From Monocercomonoides exilis PA203 (taxonomy: Eukaryota; Protista; Preaxostyla), in the NCBI GenBank assembly GCA_001643675.2, contig LSRY02000040.1, positions 496,001 to 560,000 on the forward strand: a stretch of 64,000 bases of DNA. The letters are read 5' to 3'. Below, one piece after another: positions 63,801-64,000 of the stretch. Positions within the stretch are counted from its first letter, which is position 1. Every line of letters starts with the position of its first letter. The notes under the pieces were generated by a model. That model made no database searches. It saw only the letters and a program-made list of their open reading frames with translations, and had not been told where the DNA came from. A program made the position numbers and the translations under genes.

Positions 63801-64000
63801 TCCCCAGCTTGCCGAATTGCTCCCATTCACAAATAGATAATTCCCTCCCGATGAAGCAGTGCAACCTGCAAAATCGACAGACACAATCGAGAAGTCGTGC
63901 GAGTTATCAGCCAGATGCAGCATCATCCCTCCTCCATATCCGCTGCACTTGCATTTGCTGAATTTTGTTAATGTTTCAACCCGCAGCTTGCTTGTTGGTG
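57825..64000 (-). pseudogene. Large single-pass membrane/surface protein with repeated beta-helix-like modules; three in-frame stops (5' end outside window)
   Basis: ORFs 63926-61272, 61142-60654 and 60653-57825 share one frame, open to the window edge and interrupted only by TAG 61274-72, TAG 61148-46 and TGA 60656-54. Repeated 'GGG[MLI]' and 'CG.{4}[PG]C.[ST]I' motifs; TM helix 'WSLIAFIGCIVVIVILLFAIIIVVVIM-RKK' (~58690-58605); charged cytosolic tail. Confidence 0.75.

Noticed and set aside
57825-64000. Alternative genetic code (TAA/TAG=Gln, or TGA=Sec/Cys)
   Set aside because: CWC15, AP2A, C2CD5 and RPL8 end on TAA at their expected C-termini, family copy A ends on TGA, and ~36 kb of other coding sequence has no internal stops.

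Overview
Eukaryotic, intron-containing, AT-rich genomic DNA. Short GT-AG introns, poly-Ser/poly-Glu-bloated proteins, the 'EEEG[YF]EDII' gene family and a GGG/CGxxxxPC surface-protein family suggest an oxymonad such as Monocercomonoides; this is an inference with no database search. 1-39 kb is a dense block of conserved genes: eIF2-alpha (-, runs off the left edge), a CLEC16A/TT9/GOP-1 homologue expanded to ~7,519 aa with a single 22-kb exon (+), CWC15 (+), AP-2 alpha-adaptin (-), a C2CD5 homologue expanded to ~2,638 aa (+) and RPL8/uL2 (+). 39.7-48.3 kb holds three intact paralogues and relics of a lineage-specific 3-exon gene family. 48.3-57.8 kb is a gene-poor AT-rich tract with MITE-like inverted-repeat elements (one with perfect 40-bp TIRs and a 4-bp TSD), long homopolymers and a small GC-rich hairpin island. 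57.8-64 kb (-) is a large modular single-pass membrane protein gene with three clustered in-frame stops and no frameshift. Exon boundaries were derived by hand from GT/AG sites and reading-frame continuity. Homology calls come from remembered family motifs.
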